Assembly (NCBI GenBank): GCA_035553115.1
Contig: DATNED010000059.1
Coordinates: forward strand, 41,519-105,518
From: Terriglobales bacterium
GTDB taxonomy: Bacteria; Acidobacteriota; Terriglobia; Terriglobales; SCQP01
Direction of reading: 5' to 3'
Length of the DNA stretch: 64,000 bases
Shown: positions 47,861-56,955 of the stretch, one piece after another
Position numbering within the stretch: the stretch's first letter is position 1
How the letters are laid out: every line of letters starts with the position of its first letter
The notes under the pieces: model-generated
Seen by the model: only the letters and a program-made list of their open reading frames with translations
The model's database searches: none
What the model was told of the DNA's origin: nothing
Position numbers and translations under genes: made by a program

Positions 47861-49101
47861 TCGTACCGGAGCGTCTCGGCGGGAAGCACGGCCAAGGCCC
47901 GCTGCGCCGGATACAGTGTGGCCGTGTAAGCAATGGCCATCGCCAGCACCGCCACCAACACGCCATCCCATGCATGCGCATGAAACGGGATATAGTTCAC
48001 CGCGTATACTTCCGCCGAGACATGGATCCAGTGAAATCGGTTCGCGGCCCACGCCAATGGATACGCGATCGCCAATCCAGCCCCGGTTCCTAGCGCCGCA
48101 ATCCAAATTCCTTGGTAGATGAAGATTCGCCGAATCTGCCAGCGCCGCGCGCCCAGGCTGAGCAGCACGGCAATCTCCTTGCGTTTCTCCATTACCAGCA
48201 TCGTCAGCATGATCAGCACGTTCAGCGCCGCTACCAGCACCACCAAGCTGATGACCAGGACCGTGCCCAATCGCTCCAACTGCAGCGCCTGAAAGAGCGG
48301 CCGGTTCTGTGTGATCCAAGTCGTGGTCATGAAATCCGGTCCGGCCAGCGCTTGCGCTTGGGCGGCAACCGCATCAGCCTGATATATGTCATCGAGGCGG
48401 AATTCAATGTCGCTGGCCCATTCCCCGGTGTTCTGCGGCTGCAGCGCTTTTGCGGCTGTGAAGCTGGTGAACGCCCACCCGCTGTCGAAATCCAGAAAGC
48501 CGGACTTGAAGATTCCCGAAACTTGAAAGCTGTAGGTCTTGCCGGCCATCCCGAAAGGAGTCAATTCGGCGTTCGGCAGGTAGAAGTCCACCCAGGTCCC
48601 CGGTTCGGCGCCGAGCTTGTCCGCCAAATCTTTGCCTAGCACCAGTTGCATCCGTTGGGGTGCCCGCTCCAGTGGCGTCAAACTCCCCGCCGCAAGATGC
48701 GCGAGCAGATGCCCAATCTTGAGCTCCTCGACCGGGATGATTCCCTTGAGCACGATTGCTTGGTTCAGTCCACCACGGATGAGCAATCCGGATTCGTATA
48801 TTTCCGGCGCCGCCGCCGCCACGTGCGGCAATGTGCGCATGCGCGCCAGCAGCTCTGGATAATGTTCAATCACTGTCGGAGTGCGCTTGAGCAGATTGAG
48901 CTGCGAGGTTGCTCCGACCAGTTCTTCTTGCAGCGCGTCGCGAAACCCGTTGGTGATCGCCAAGGCCAAGATCAGCGCTCCCACTCCCGCGGCGAATCCT
49001 CCGACCGCAATCGCGGTTACAACCGAAAGCACGCCATTGCCCCGCCGCGGGCGCAGGTACCGCCGCGCCACAAATCCCGCGAATTGGCTCGCCCGCGCCA
49101 T
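47857..49101 (-). CDS. Lipoprotein-releasing ABC permease (LolC/E family, FtsX-like)
   Basis: MARASQFAGFVARRYLRPRRG N-terminus, a large periplasmic domain, and C-terminal FtsX TM bundle (KEIAVLLSLGARRWQIRRIF). Confidence 0.85.
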   Translation of the reverse strand: MARASQFAGFVARRYLRPRRGNGVLSVVTAIAVGGFAAGVGALILALAITNGFRDALQEELVGATSQLNLLKRTPTVIEHYPELLARMRTLPHVAAAAPEIYESGLLIRGGLNQAIVLKGIIPVEELKIGHLLAHLAAGSLTPLERAPQRMQLVLGKDLADKLGAEPGTWVDFYLPNAELTPFGMAGKTYSFQVSGIFKSGFLDFDSGWAFTSFTAAKALQPQNTGEWASDIEFRLDDIYQADAVAAQAQALAGPDFMTTTWITQNRPLFQALQLERLGTVLVISLVVLVAALNVLIMLTMLVMEKRKEIAVLLSLGARRWQIRRIFIYQGIWIAALGTGAGLAIAYPLAWAANRFHWIHVSAEVYAVNYIPFHAHAWDGVLVAVLAMAIAYTATLYPAQRALAVLPAETLRYE

Positions 49102-49260
49102 AGCAACAGCATAAAGCAAGGGGAATCCAGCCCGCCAATGGGCTTGGTTCTCATCCTCGACTGGCCTGCAGTGCATTCGCCTGTGTTCGGTCATACTGAA
49201 GGTGTGGGTGTCGTTGGAGTCGAAATCCGAAGCCCAGCATCAAAGGAGGTAGGTGCAGCC

Positions 49261-49938
49261 TTGCGCGCGGACGGACTCGCCCGGCGCTTTCGCTCCGGCA
49301 CCGGCGAGTTGGTGGTATTCGAGGGACTGGAATTGACGATTCGGCAGGGCGAAATGGTGGCCATCGTGGGTGAATCCGGTACTGGCAAGAGCAGTTTGCT
49401 GCACCTGCTCAGCGGGTTGGACAGGCCTTCGGCCGGTGACGTATACTTCGGCACAAGATCGTTGGCAGAAATGTCGGAGGCAGCCCTGGCGGATTTCCGC
49501 AATCGCGAGATTGGGTTCGTGTGGCAGCAGCCCTACCTGTTGCCCGAGTTCACCGCGCTCGAAAACGTCATGCTCCCGCTTTTGATCCGCGCCCTGCCGC
49601 AAGCGCAGGCGGTCGATCAGGCGGCAATTTGGCTGATGCGGGTGGGGCTTGGGGAACGCGGGCATCACCGTGCCGGCGAGCTCAGTGGCGGCGAACAGCA
49701 GCGCGTGGCCATCGCTAGGGCTCTGGTGGGCAAGCCCGGCGTTCTTATGGCCGATGAACCCACCGGTAATTTGGATGAGCGGGCCGGAACAGCCGTTTTC
49801 GACCTTCTGCGGCAAATCCACCGCGAGGAAGGCCTTACTTCCCTGGTCGTCACCCACAATCTTGCCCAGGCACGCGGCTGTGATCGGGTCCTGCGACTGC
49901 ATCAGGGTCGATTGGCAGAAGAATTGCAGGTGAATTAG
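49261..49938 (+). CDS. lolD: Lipoprotein-releasing ABC ATP-binding protein LolD-like
   Basis: Walker A GESGTGKSS, signature LSGGEQQRVAIARAL, Walker B VLMADEPT. TTG 49261 with AAGGAGG upstream. The start is uncertain (alternative GTG 49204). Confidence 0.8.
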   Translation: MRADGLARRFRSGTGELVVFEGLELTIRQGEMVAIVGESGTGKSSLLHLLSGLDRPSAGDVYFGTRSLAEMSEAALADFRNREIGFVWQQPYLLPEFTALENVMLPLLIRALPQAQAVDQAAIWLMRVGLGERGHHRAGELSGGEQQRVAIARALVGKPGVLMADEPTGNLDERAGTAVFDLLRQIHREEGLTSLVVTHNLAQARGCDRVLRLHQGRLAEELQVN

Positions 49939-49940
49939 CA

Positions 49941-52415
49941 ATGTTCGAGCGTTATACAGAAAAAGCGCGCCGGGTGATCTTCTTCGCCCGATATGAGGCC
50001 AGCCAGTGCGGCAGTCCTTATATCGAAACCGAACATCTGCTCCTGGGCCTGCTGCGTGAAGACAAGACGCTCACGAATCGCTTCCTCCGTTCCCACGCCT
50101 CGCTCGAGTCCATACGAAAAGAAATCGAAGGACGAACCATCCCCCGTGAAAAGGGCTCGACCTCGGTGGACCTGCCGCTCAGCAATGAGTGCAAGCGGGT
50201 GCTCAATTACGCCGCAGAAGAGGCGGAGCGCCTAAGCCACAAGCACATTGGCACCGAGCATCTGCTGCTGGGCCTGCTGCGCGAGGAACGCTGCTTCGCC
50301 GCCGAAATGCTCCAGAACCGCGGCCTGCGTTTGGCCCAAGTCCGCGAGGAGTTGGCGCGCAGCTCGCAGGAGCGCGGCAGCGCTCGGCCCAAGGAGTCTT
50401 CCCTTCTGGTCGAATTCAGCCGTGACCTCACTCAAGCCGCTCTGGACGGCCAGTTGGACCCGCTCGTCGGTCGCCAGCACGAGCTCGAACGCGTCATTCA
50501 AATCCTTTGCCGCCGCACCAAGAACAATCCCGTCCTCATCGGCGAGCCGGGTGTGGGAAAGACCGCCATCGTCGAAGGGCTGGCTCAAAAGATCGCCGAT
50601 GGCGATGTGCCAACCTTCCTGGCGGAAAAGCGCATCCTTGCGCTCGACTTGTCGTTGATCGTGGCCGGAACCAAGTACCGCGGCCAGTTCGAAGAGCGTC
50701 TGAAGACGATCATGAAAGAGCTGATCGAGAATCAGAACATCATCATCTTCATTGATGAGCTCCATACCTTGGTGGGCGCCGGCTCCGCCGAGGGTTCGCT
50801 GGATGCTGCCAATATTCTCAAGCCCACCCTCTCGCGCGGCGAAATTCAGTGCATCGGTGCCACCACACCGGCGGAGTACCGCAAGAGCATCGAAAAAGAC
50901 CGTTCGCTCGAGCGCCGCTTCCAATCGGTGAAGGTGCCGCCGCCCGACGAGGACCAGGCGATCCTTGTCCTCAATGGCATCAAGGACCGGTACGAGAAAT
51001 TCCACGCCGTCAGCTACACCGACGAGGCCTTGCGCTATGCCGTGCTTCATTCCAGCCGCTACATCCCGGATCGCTTCTTGCCGGACAAGGCGATTGATCT
51101 TCTGGATGAGGCCGGCGCGCGCGTCAAGCTGCGCCAGACGACGGTTCCCGAAGAACTGGCCGAGGTCACCAAACAGCTCAAGGTGATCAACCATCGGATG
51201 AATAGCTCGATCGCGAACCAGGAATTTGAGAAGGCGCGCTTCTACTCCGATGAGGAACGCAAAGAGCGCGACAAGTTGCGCATGCTCCGCGAGCGCTTCC
51301 AGCTCGACGAGACGGTTGCCGGAGTTGTCACGCGCGAGGACATCGAAGACGTGGTCGCGCGCTGGACCGGCGTTCCGGTCCATGCCGTCAAAGAAGAGGA
51401 GATGCAGAAGCTGCTGCGCATCGAACTGGAGCTGCACAAGCGCATCATTTCCCAGGAGAAAGCCATCTCCGCCTTGGCCCGCGCCATCCGTCGCAGCCGC
51501 GCGGGGCTGAAGAGCCCGAACCGCCCGGTGGGCTCGTTTCTGTTTTTGGGCCCGACCGGTGTCGGCAAGACCGAAGTCGCGCGATCCCTCGCTGCGTTCC
51601 TGTTCGGAAGCGAGAAATCCATGATCCGCTTCGACATGTCCGAGTACATGGAAAAGCACTCGGTCTCGAAGCTCATCGGCTCCCCCCCGGGCTACGTCGG
51701 CTACGAGGAGGGCGGGCAGCTCACTGAGCGCGTCAAGCGCTCCCCTTATTGCGTCGTGCTGCTCGACGAAATCGAAAAGGCCCACCCCGATCTGTTCAAT
51801 CTGCTCCTCCAAGTCTTCGAGGATGGCCAGCTCACCGACGGGCTCGGAAACACCGTGGATTTCAAGAACACCATCGTCGTCATGACCTCGAATCTCGGTG
51901 CCCGCCATCTGGAGAAGAAGATGCAGCTCGGCTTCCAGGGCCCCAACGAGGAGCTTATGCTCAGCCAAGTCGAGGATCGCGTGCGCGACGAGGTCAAACG
52001 CCTTTTCAATCCTGAATTTTTGAATCGATTGGACGAAACCATCCTCTTCAATGCGTTGAGTGAAGAGGACCTTGCCCAAGTCGTCGAGCTCCTGGTGCAG
52101 CAACTCAATCAGCACCTGGCCCATCGCGACGTCAGCGTCACCTGCACCGCCGAGGCGAAGAAATGGATCGTGGACAAGACCTGCCTGGATCGCAATTATG
52201 GCGCGCGCCCCCTGCGTCGGGCGCTTCAGAAATACATCGAGGATCCGCTTTCAGAGCTTCTCATTCAGGGCTCGCTCAAGCGCCCGGCATTCCTTGAAGT
52301 CTTCCTGGAAAATAACAGCCTATACTACCGCCCCGTGGATTCGGCCACTTCTGATGCCGGCGCCGATTCCGGCGGAGCGGTGGCTGTGCAGGATGCGGTT
52401 CTGCTTTCGAGCTAG
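49941..52415 (+). CDS. clpC: ATP-dependent Clp protease ATP-binding subunit ClpC
   Basis: Clp_N repeats (MFERYTEKARRVIFFARYEA...). Walker A GEPGVGKTA and GPTGVGKTE. 824 aa. Confidence 0.95.
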   Translation: MFERYTEKARRVIFFARYEASQCGSPYIETEHLLLGLLREDKTLTNRFLRSHASLESIRKEIEGRTIPREKGSTSVDLPLSNECKRVLNYAAEEAERLSHKHIGTEHLLLGLLREERCFAAEMLQNRGLRLAQVREELARSSQERGSARPKESSLLVEFSRDLTQAALDGQLDPLVGRQHELERVIQILCRRTKNNPVLIGEPGVGKTAIVEGLAQKIADGDVPTFLAEKRILALDLSLIVAGTKYRGQFEERLKTIMKELIENQNIIIFIDELHTLVGAGSAEGSLDAANILKPTLSRGEIQCIGATTPAEYRKSIEKDRSLERRFQSVKVPPPDEDQAILVLNGIKDRYEKFHAVSYTDEALRYAVLHSSRYIPDRFLPDKAIDLLDEAGARVKLRQTTVPEELAEVTKQLKVINHRMNSSIANQEFEKARFYSDEERKERDKLRMLRERFQLDETVAGVVTREDIEDVVARWTGVPVHAVKEEEMQKLLRIELELHKRIISQEKAISALARAIRRSRAGLKSPNRPVGSFLFLGPTGVGKTEVARSLAAFLFGSEKSMIRFDMSEYMEKHSVSKLIGSPPGYVGYEEGGQLTERVKRSPYCVVLLDEIEKAHPDLFNLLLQVFEDGQLTDGLGNTVDFKNTIVVMTSNLGARHLEKKMQLGFQGPNEELMLSQVEDRVRDEVKRLFNPEFLNRLDETILFNALSEEDLAQVVELLVQQLNQHLAHRDVSVTCTAEAKKWIVDKTCLDRNYGARPLRRALQKYIEDPLSELLIQGSLKRPAFLEVFLENNSLYYRPVDSATSDAGADSGGAVAVQDAVLLSS

Positions 52416-53187
52416 CCTGGCGCTGGGAGTCGTGGTCACCGCAGCGGCAGCTCAGGCGCCGCCTCGCGCGCAAGAAATCCAAGCCCGCCTGATTGCCGCG
52501 TTTCAGCAGGACCAGCAGGCACTCGAGCGCTTCACCCACCGCGAGCACGTAGTCTCAGTCAAGGAAGGCGTGCGCGACGCGCGCACGCTCAAGGTTTGGT
52601 ACGTGAACGGGCGCGCGGTCAGCGAGACGATCGCACTCGATGACCGCCCGTTGTCCGCCGCAGAGCTCGAAGCCGAGCACAGGCGCGCCCTCGTCCGCGA
52701 CCATGCCGCCTCGCAGCGGCAGCCGCCCCCGACCGGCGTGATCGAGTTCGCCGGCAGAACCTATCCGTTTTCCCGCCTGGCGGATGATTACATCTACTCC
52801 GATGCCGTCACCCGCCAATGGCAGGGCCGCACGGTTTGGGTTTATCAGGCCCGCCCCAACCCCGCGCAAGCATCACGCAGCCGCGAGGAGACCCTGCTGC
52901 TCCATTCAGCCGGCGAAGTATGGGTCGACGCTGAGGACATGCACGTCGTTCGCGTCGCGATTCACTCGACCGCTCCGGTCCGCTACGGGCTGGGGATCCT
53001 GGCAACGATCCATCAGGCGGAGCTGGAACTTCAGCTTGAGCGCCGGCAGCCGGGGCTTTGGCTGCCGGAAGAAGCGGACTTTGCCATGCAGGCAACCGTG
53101 CTGGAATTCGACCATCTGCGCCGCGGCAAGCGGCAATCCTTCAGCGATTTCGAACCGGCCGGGAACCCGCGGCACCCGCCGCGCTGA
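52393..53187 (+). CDS. Secreted hypothetical protein (possibly LolA-like fold)
   Basis: ATG 52393 gives the signal peptide MRFCFRASLALGVVVTAAAAQA. Overlaps the clpC 3' end by 23 nt and the convergent abfA-like end by 47 nt. The fold guess is by pattern only. Confidence 0.5.
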   Translation: MRFCFRASLALGVVVTAAAAQAPPRAQEIQARLIAAFQQDQQALERFTHREHVVSVKEGVRDARTLKVWYVNGRAVSETIALDDRPLSAAELEAEHRRALVRDHAASQRQPPPTGVIEFAGRTYPFSRLADDYIYSDAVTRQWQGRTVWVYQARPNPAQASRSREETLLLHSAGEVWVDAEDMHVVRVAIHSTAPVRYGLGILATIHQAELELQLERRQPGLWLPEEADFAMQATVLEFDHLRRGKRQSFSDFEPAGNPRHPPR

Positions 53188-54811
53188 TCGCAGTCACCGA
53201 TGCCGGGGGCAACGTGCAGCGCAGCCTGCCCGCAGCGCCTGCAGCGACCGCCAAGTTGCGAGGCCGGACCGCATCCGGCTGCTCGAAGGTGTTGTGGGAG
53301 TGGATATCTCGAGCGGCGAGCACCCGTGCTGTCGCCGCTCCCAAGGGCCCCCCCCAGGATCGAATCTCGACCTCCAGCGAATCGGCCTGGCTTGGATTCA
53401 CGACTGTGATCGTGATGCGGCCGTCCCGCACCGAGGCCGAGCCGTTCAAGCCCCAAAAGTTGGCCGCGGGTGGCGCAGCCGGCGGCGCTCCGCCCCGCCG
53501 CGCGGCCGGTGCCGGAGGCATGTAGGAGATCGCTGGAGCCCCAAATTCGGTGCGCACCGCCTGCGCGCCCTGGTGCCGCTGATAGAGATCGAAAACGTGG
53601 TAGTTCGGCGTGGTCAAAAAATCAGCGCCATGGGCCAAAAACAGCGAATTGATGCAATTGATGAGCTGCGCGCACGCCGCCAGCCCCACTTTATCCGCAT
53701 GCCGATTGAAAATGTCGAGCGTGAAAGCGGTCACAATGGCATCGCGCATCGTGATCTGTTGGCCGAAAATATGGCTCGGGTCCACCTGCGTCCCGGGGCC
53801 GTACCAGGTTCCGTACTCGTCCACCACCAAACGAACCCGCCGACGTCGGTCGAACGGCTCCAGTGCCGCCCAGTGGTCCAGCAGAATCTTCTCGGTGGTG
53901 AAGCCACGCGCGAACGTCGCGTAGGCCTCGGGCGCGTCGAAATCGAGAGCGCTGCTGCCAGAAGTGTAGTTGTGCACCGACCAGCCAAAAGGCGGCGCAA
54001 CCGCGCGCCTCCCGAGTGTCGCTTCAAAAAATCGCGTAGTCCAATCCACATCGTCGCCGTCGGGGCCGGAGGCAATGAACTTCAGATCCACGCCGTAGCG
54101 CGGCACCCAGCTCGTGAACCGGCGATACTCGGCCGCGTACTCCTCAGGCGTGAAGTCGCCGCCGCAGCCCCAGCTTTCGTTGCCGACCCCCCAATACTTC
54201 ACCCCGTAGGGGCTGGGCGAGCCCGAGGCAGCGCGCATATCGCCATAGCTGGTGCTCCCCGCCGGCGCGTTGCAGAATTCGACCCATTGATCGAATGCCA
54301 GCGGCGGCAGGCTGCGCAGATTCGCGGCCAAATAGGGTGCCGCGCCGGACTGCCGGCAGAAGTCTGCAAACTCCGCAGTGCCGAATATATTCGGCTCGAA
54401 TTGCTGGACGCTGCCGGGCACGCGCTTGGCTGAGTCCACCCAAAAATTCGTCCTGCGCGGCCGCTTCGCGCGCGGCCCGATCCCGTCGCGCCAATCGTAG
54501 CTATCGGCAAAACAGCCGCCCGGCCATCGGATTACTGGTGCGTTGATGGCCCGCAGCTTTTCCGCCAAGGCCGACCGGATCCCCCGGACGTTCGGGATCT
54601 TGGAATCTTCACCCACCCACACCCCGTCGTAGATCACCCCGCCAAGGTGCTCGGTGAAGTGGCCATAGATTTCGGGCGCGATCGTTGCGATCGGCTCGTC
54701 GAGCAAGACCTCGATGGTCGCCTCGGGTGCCGTTGCGGCCGCCCACGCATGTGCCGCAACGGCTGCGGCCCCGACAGTCGCAGCTGTGGCAAGGAACTCA
54801 CGGCGTTGCAT
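53141..54811 (-). CDS. GH51 alpha-L-arabinofuranosidase with Tat signal
   Basis: MQRREFLATAATVGAAAVAAHAWA Tat motif. GH51 acid/base region YWGVGNESWGCGG. Confidence 0.85.
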   Translation of the reverse strand: MQRREFLATAATVGAAAVAAHAWAAATAPEATIEVLLDEPIATIAPEIYGHFTEHLGGVIYDGVWVGEDSKIPNVRGIRSALAEKLRAINAPVIRWPGGCFADSYDWRDGIGPRAKRPRRTNFWVDSAKRVPGSVQQFEPNIFGTAEFADFCRQSGAAPYLAANLRSLPPLAFDQWVEFCNAPAGSTSYGDMRAASGSPSPYGVKYWGVGNESWGCGGDFTPEEYAAEYRRFTSWVPRYGVDLKFIASGPDGDDVDWTTRFFEATLGRRAVAPPFGWSVHNYTSGSSALDFDAPEAYATFARGFTTEKILLDHWAALEPFDRRRRVRLVVDEYGTWYGPGTQVDPSHIFGQQITMRDAIVTAFTLDIFNRHADKVGLAACAQLINCINSLFLAHGADFLTTPNYHVFDLYQRHQGAQAVRTEFGAPAISYMPPAPAARRGGAPPAAPPAANFWGLNGSASVRDGRITITVVNPSQADSLEVEIRSWGGPLGAATARVLAARDIHSHNTFEQPDAVRPRNLAVAAGAAGRLRCTLPPASVTAISAAGAAGSRPVRNR

Positions 54812-54826
54812 TGGCCTATTGTGCGC

Positions 54827-55600
54827 CTAGTGGCCGGGCCCTGGGGGTGTCACCGACGTGCCGCCCGCCGGCTGCCCGCCGCCGGGTTGCTGTGTGCCGC
54901 CTGTCCCAGGCACGCCAGCGCGCAGGCTGGGGTCTTGAGCGTAGTTATAGACGAATTGCCAGTCATTGGGAACGTCGAAACCATTGAAAGCGTGCACCGC
55001 AGGCAACTTGTTGAGGCTCGCCACGCCGATGACCGGGCCCCCGCCAACCGTATTGCCAGCATTTTGCCCTCCGCCGGTCAGCCCTGGAGCCTGCCCCATG
55101 CCTTGTCCACCGCCCGGCGGCTGGGTGCCTACCCCGCCTGCAATCGACGTTCCTGGGCCAACCCCTGCGCCCGGGAAGCCAGTTGTGCCCCCTCCGCCGG
55201 TCAGCCCCGGCAGACTTGGACCCGGTGTGCCACTCCTCGACGCGGCCGCTGGCGGCTGGCCGACGATCTCGGCGCTCACGGCCTCGCCGAAGTGCAGCAC
55301 CTGCCAGGTGCCGTCGGCCTTGGCATTCAGCGGGTCTGGCCAATCCTGACGCAAGTAGCGGATGCCATTCCCGTCTTTTTGAAGTAGAACTTCAATACTG
55401 GCCGGGTAGCGGCCGTTCTTGTGAAAGTATCGTTTGATGGCGGTGCGGTATTCGCGCGCGTGATCAATGCTGCGCGCTTCCCTTTCGCGCTGAATTTGGG
55501 TCTTCCAGGCCGGCACCGCAGCGGCCAGCCCAAGGACAAAAACGCTCAGGGCTAGCAATATGACGATAATGGCATACCCATCCTGGCCGCGGCGCTGCAC
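54827..55600 (-). CDS. GspG-like pseudopilin-domain protein with degenerate prepilin motif and Gly/Pro-rich C-terminal half
   Basis: GTG 55600 is the only start candidate downstream of the upstream gene's stop. RGQDGYAIIVILLALSV helix, then REYRTAIKRYFHKNGRYPASIEVLL...YLRQDWPDP (GspG-like), then about 130 aa rich in G/P/T/Q. Confidence 0.6.
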   Translation of the reverse strand: MQRRGQDGYAIIVILLALSVFVLGLAAAVPAWKTQIQREREARSIDHAREYRTAIKRYFHKNGRYPASIEVLLQKDGNGIRYLRQDWPDPLNAKADGTWQVLHFGEAVSAEIVGQPPAAASRSGTPGPSLPGLTGGGGTTGFPGAGVGPGTSIAGGVGTQPPGGGQGMGQAPGLTGGGQNAGNTVGGGPVIGVASLNKLPAVHAFNGFDVPNDWQFVYNYAQDPSLRAGVPGTGGTQQPGGGQPAGGTSVTPPGPGH

Positions 55601-55629
55601 CGCCCCAGTGTACCGCAGCGCGGCTCTGG

Positions 55630-56466
55630 CTATTGGCTGACCTGCACGCCGCCGGCGTTGTGCGCGTTCTGCTTGGCCACTTCGGCCTTGCGGGCGGCCA
55701 GGCTGCGGTCCACGAAGTCGTTGGCAATTTTGATGTACTTTTGGTACTCGGGGCCGTCGCCGCAAGTCAGATCCGCCTTGTCGCGATAAAGCAGATTCAG
55801 GTAGGTCATGGCGTCGGCATAGTCGGGACGCAGATCGAGCGCGGCGTTAAGCTGGGTGATGCCGTCGTCAATCTTGGCGTTCGCAGTCTGCGCCATGGTC
55901 TGGCAGCTTTTCTTGGCGGCCGGAGGAGATTTCTTCGAGATCAGCGGCAGCAGTTCGTCGGTGATGCCTTCGGCCTGCTTTGCCAGACGAATCGGGGGAT
56001 GAATTTCCGAGTAGTCAATCGCGCCGAGGGTGTAATGCGCGGTCGGATCCTTGGGGGCGAGCGTGAGCGACTCGCCGTAATACTTGCGGGCATCGTCAAG
56101 ATTGCCCATGTCGTATTCAAGGCGCGCGAGCCCGGCGACGGCATTCTGATTGTCGGGATGCTGATCCAGCACCACCTTGTACTCATCAATCGCCTGCTGC
56201 GCCATGCGCATATTGTCGGCCGACGGAGCGCCAGGAATGAACTGGGATTGATAAGCAGTTGCCAAGTACAATTTGGCGTTCACTAGAGTGGGGTCGTCCT
56301 GGATCGCGTTTTGGAAGTGCTCGATCGCTTGGTTGAATTGCGCGCCTTTGAACGCCGCCACACCCCGGTTCAGCTGGTCCCGCGCTTCAAGCTGCTTGCA
56401 CCCCGTGGCGCTCACGACCATCCCTGCAACCGCGGCCAGCACGCTCACCCTCAGAAGGTTGTTCAT
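55630..56466 (-). CDS. TPR-repeat lipoprotein
   Basis: Lipobox-like VVSATGC after the signal peptide. Repeated TPR-like helices (FNQAIEHFQNAIQDDPT, AKLYLATAY ...). Confidence 0.8.
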   Translation of the reverse strand: MNNLLRVSVLAAVAGMVVSATGCKQLEARDQLNRGVAAFKGAQFNQAIEHFQNAIQDDPTLVNAKLYLATAYQSQFIPGAPSADNMRMAQQAIDEYKVVLDQHPDNQNAVAGLARLEYDMGNLDDARKYYGESLTLAPKDPTAHYTLGAIDYSEIHPPIRLAKQAEGITDELLPLISKKSPPAAKKSCQTMAQTANAKIDDGITQLNAALDLRPDYADAMTYLNLLYRDKADLTCGDGPEYQKYIKIANDFVDRSLAARKAEVAKQNAHNAGGVQVSQ

Positions 56467-56494
56467 TTTCGTCCTCGTTCCCGCTCCCCGGCTG

Positions 56495-56923
56495 CTACTG
56501 TCCCGCTTCCATCTTCGGCGTCAGCACGCCGACCATGATCGAGGGATCCACTCCCTTTGCGATGTCAATCGCATGGGCAATCATGAAAAACGGAATATCG
56601 TCGTCGCCCTTCACGAACATCACCTTCTGGGCTCGCGTCTTGTAGATGTCCCCGAGCTGCGGACCTAGCGTGTTCCAGTTCACCGTCTGATCGTTGATCT
56701 TTACCACGTTGTGGTCCAGCACTTGCACCACGATGGTGCGATTGTTGTCTTTCGGGGGTGTCTTATCCTTGTTGGGCTGGGGCACCAAAGCTTTGAGGCC
56801 GCTGGGGTGCAGCGGCTGGATCACCATGAAGATGATGATCAGCACCAGCAGTACGTCAATCAGAGGGGTGACATTGATGTCGTGGCTCGGACCGCCGCTT
56901 GCGCCGCCTGTGGACATTGCCAT
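56495..56923 (-). CDS. exbD: ExbD/TolR biopolymer transport protein
   Basis: AAGGAG 8 nt upstream of the ATG. INVTPLIDVLLVLIIIFMV motif. Confidence 0.9.
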   Translation of the reverse strand: MAMSTGGASGGPSHDINVTPLIDVLLVLIIIFMVIQPLHPSGLKALVPQPNKDKTPPKDNNRTIVVQVLDHNVVKINDQTVNWNTLGPQLGDIYKTRAQKVMFVKGDDDIPFFMIAHAIDIAKGVDPSIMVGVLTPKMEAGQ

Positions 56924-56955
56924 AGCAATTTCTCCTTAAATACGCGGGTTCCCAG

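Noticed and set aside
47861-48319. N-terminal 152-aa extension of the psd ORF (ORF track 47063-48319)
   Set aside because: The extension lies inside the lolE-like gene in another frame. MITLPRRALSRW at 47860 forms an ATGA overlap with the lolE-like stop and matches normal Psd length.
48646-49260. N-terminal 205-aa extension of the lolD ORF
   Set aside because: The extension is antisense to the lolE-like gene and its 5' region. The ABC ATPase homology begins at LRADGLARRF, and an AAGGAGG precedes TTG 49261.
50232-52124. 630-aa ORF antisense to clpC
   Set aside because: This is a shadow ORF of a GC-rich gene. The plus strand carries unambiguous ClpC motifs (two Walker A sites, Clp_N repeats), while the antisense product is low-complexity (L/Q/A/G/R/D-rich) with no recognisable motif.
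52784-54433. 549-aa plus-strand ORF opposite the GH51 arabinofuranosidase
   Set aside because: It is Arg/Ala/Pro-rich with no motifs. The minus-strand product has a Tat signal and the GH51 GNE acid/base motif.
55040-55260. GGC/CCG-rich, repeat-like DNA
   Set aside because: It encodes the Gly/Pro-rich tail of the GspG-like protein on the minus strand. There is no regular repeat/spacer periodicity, so it is not a CRISPR or a tandem-repeat element.
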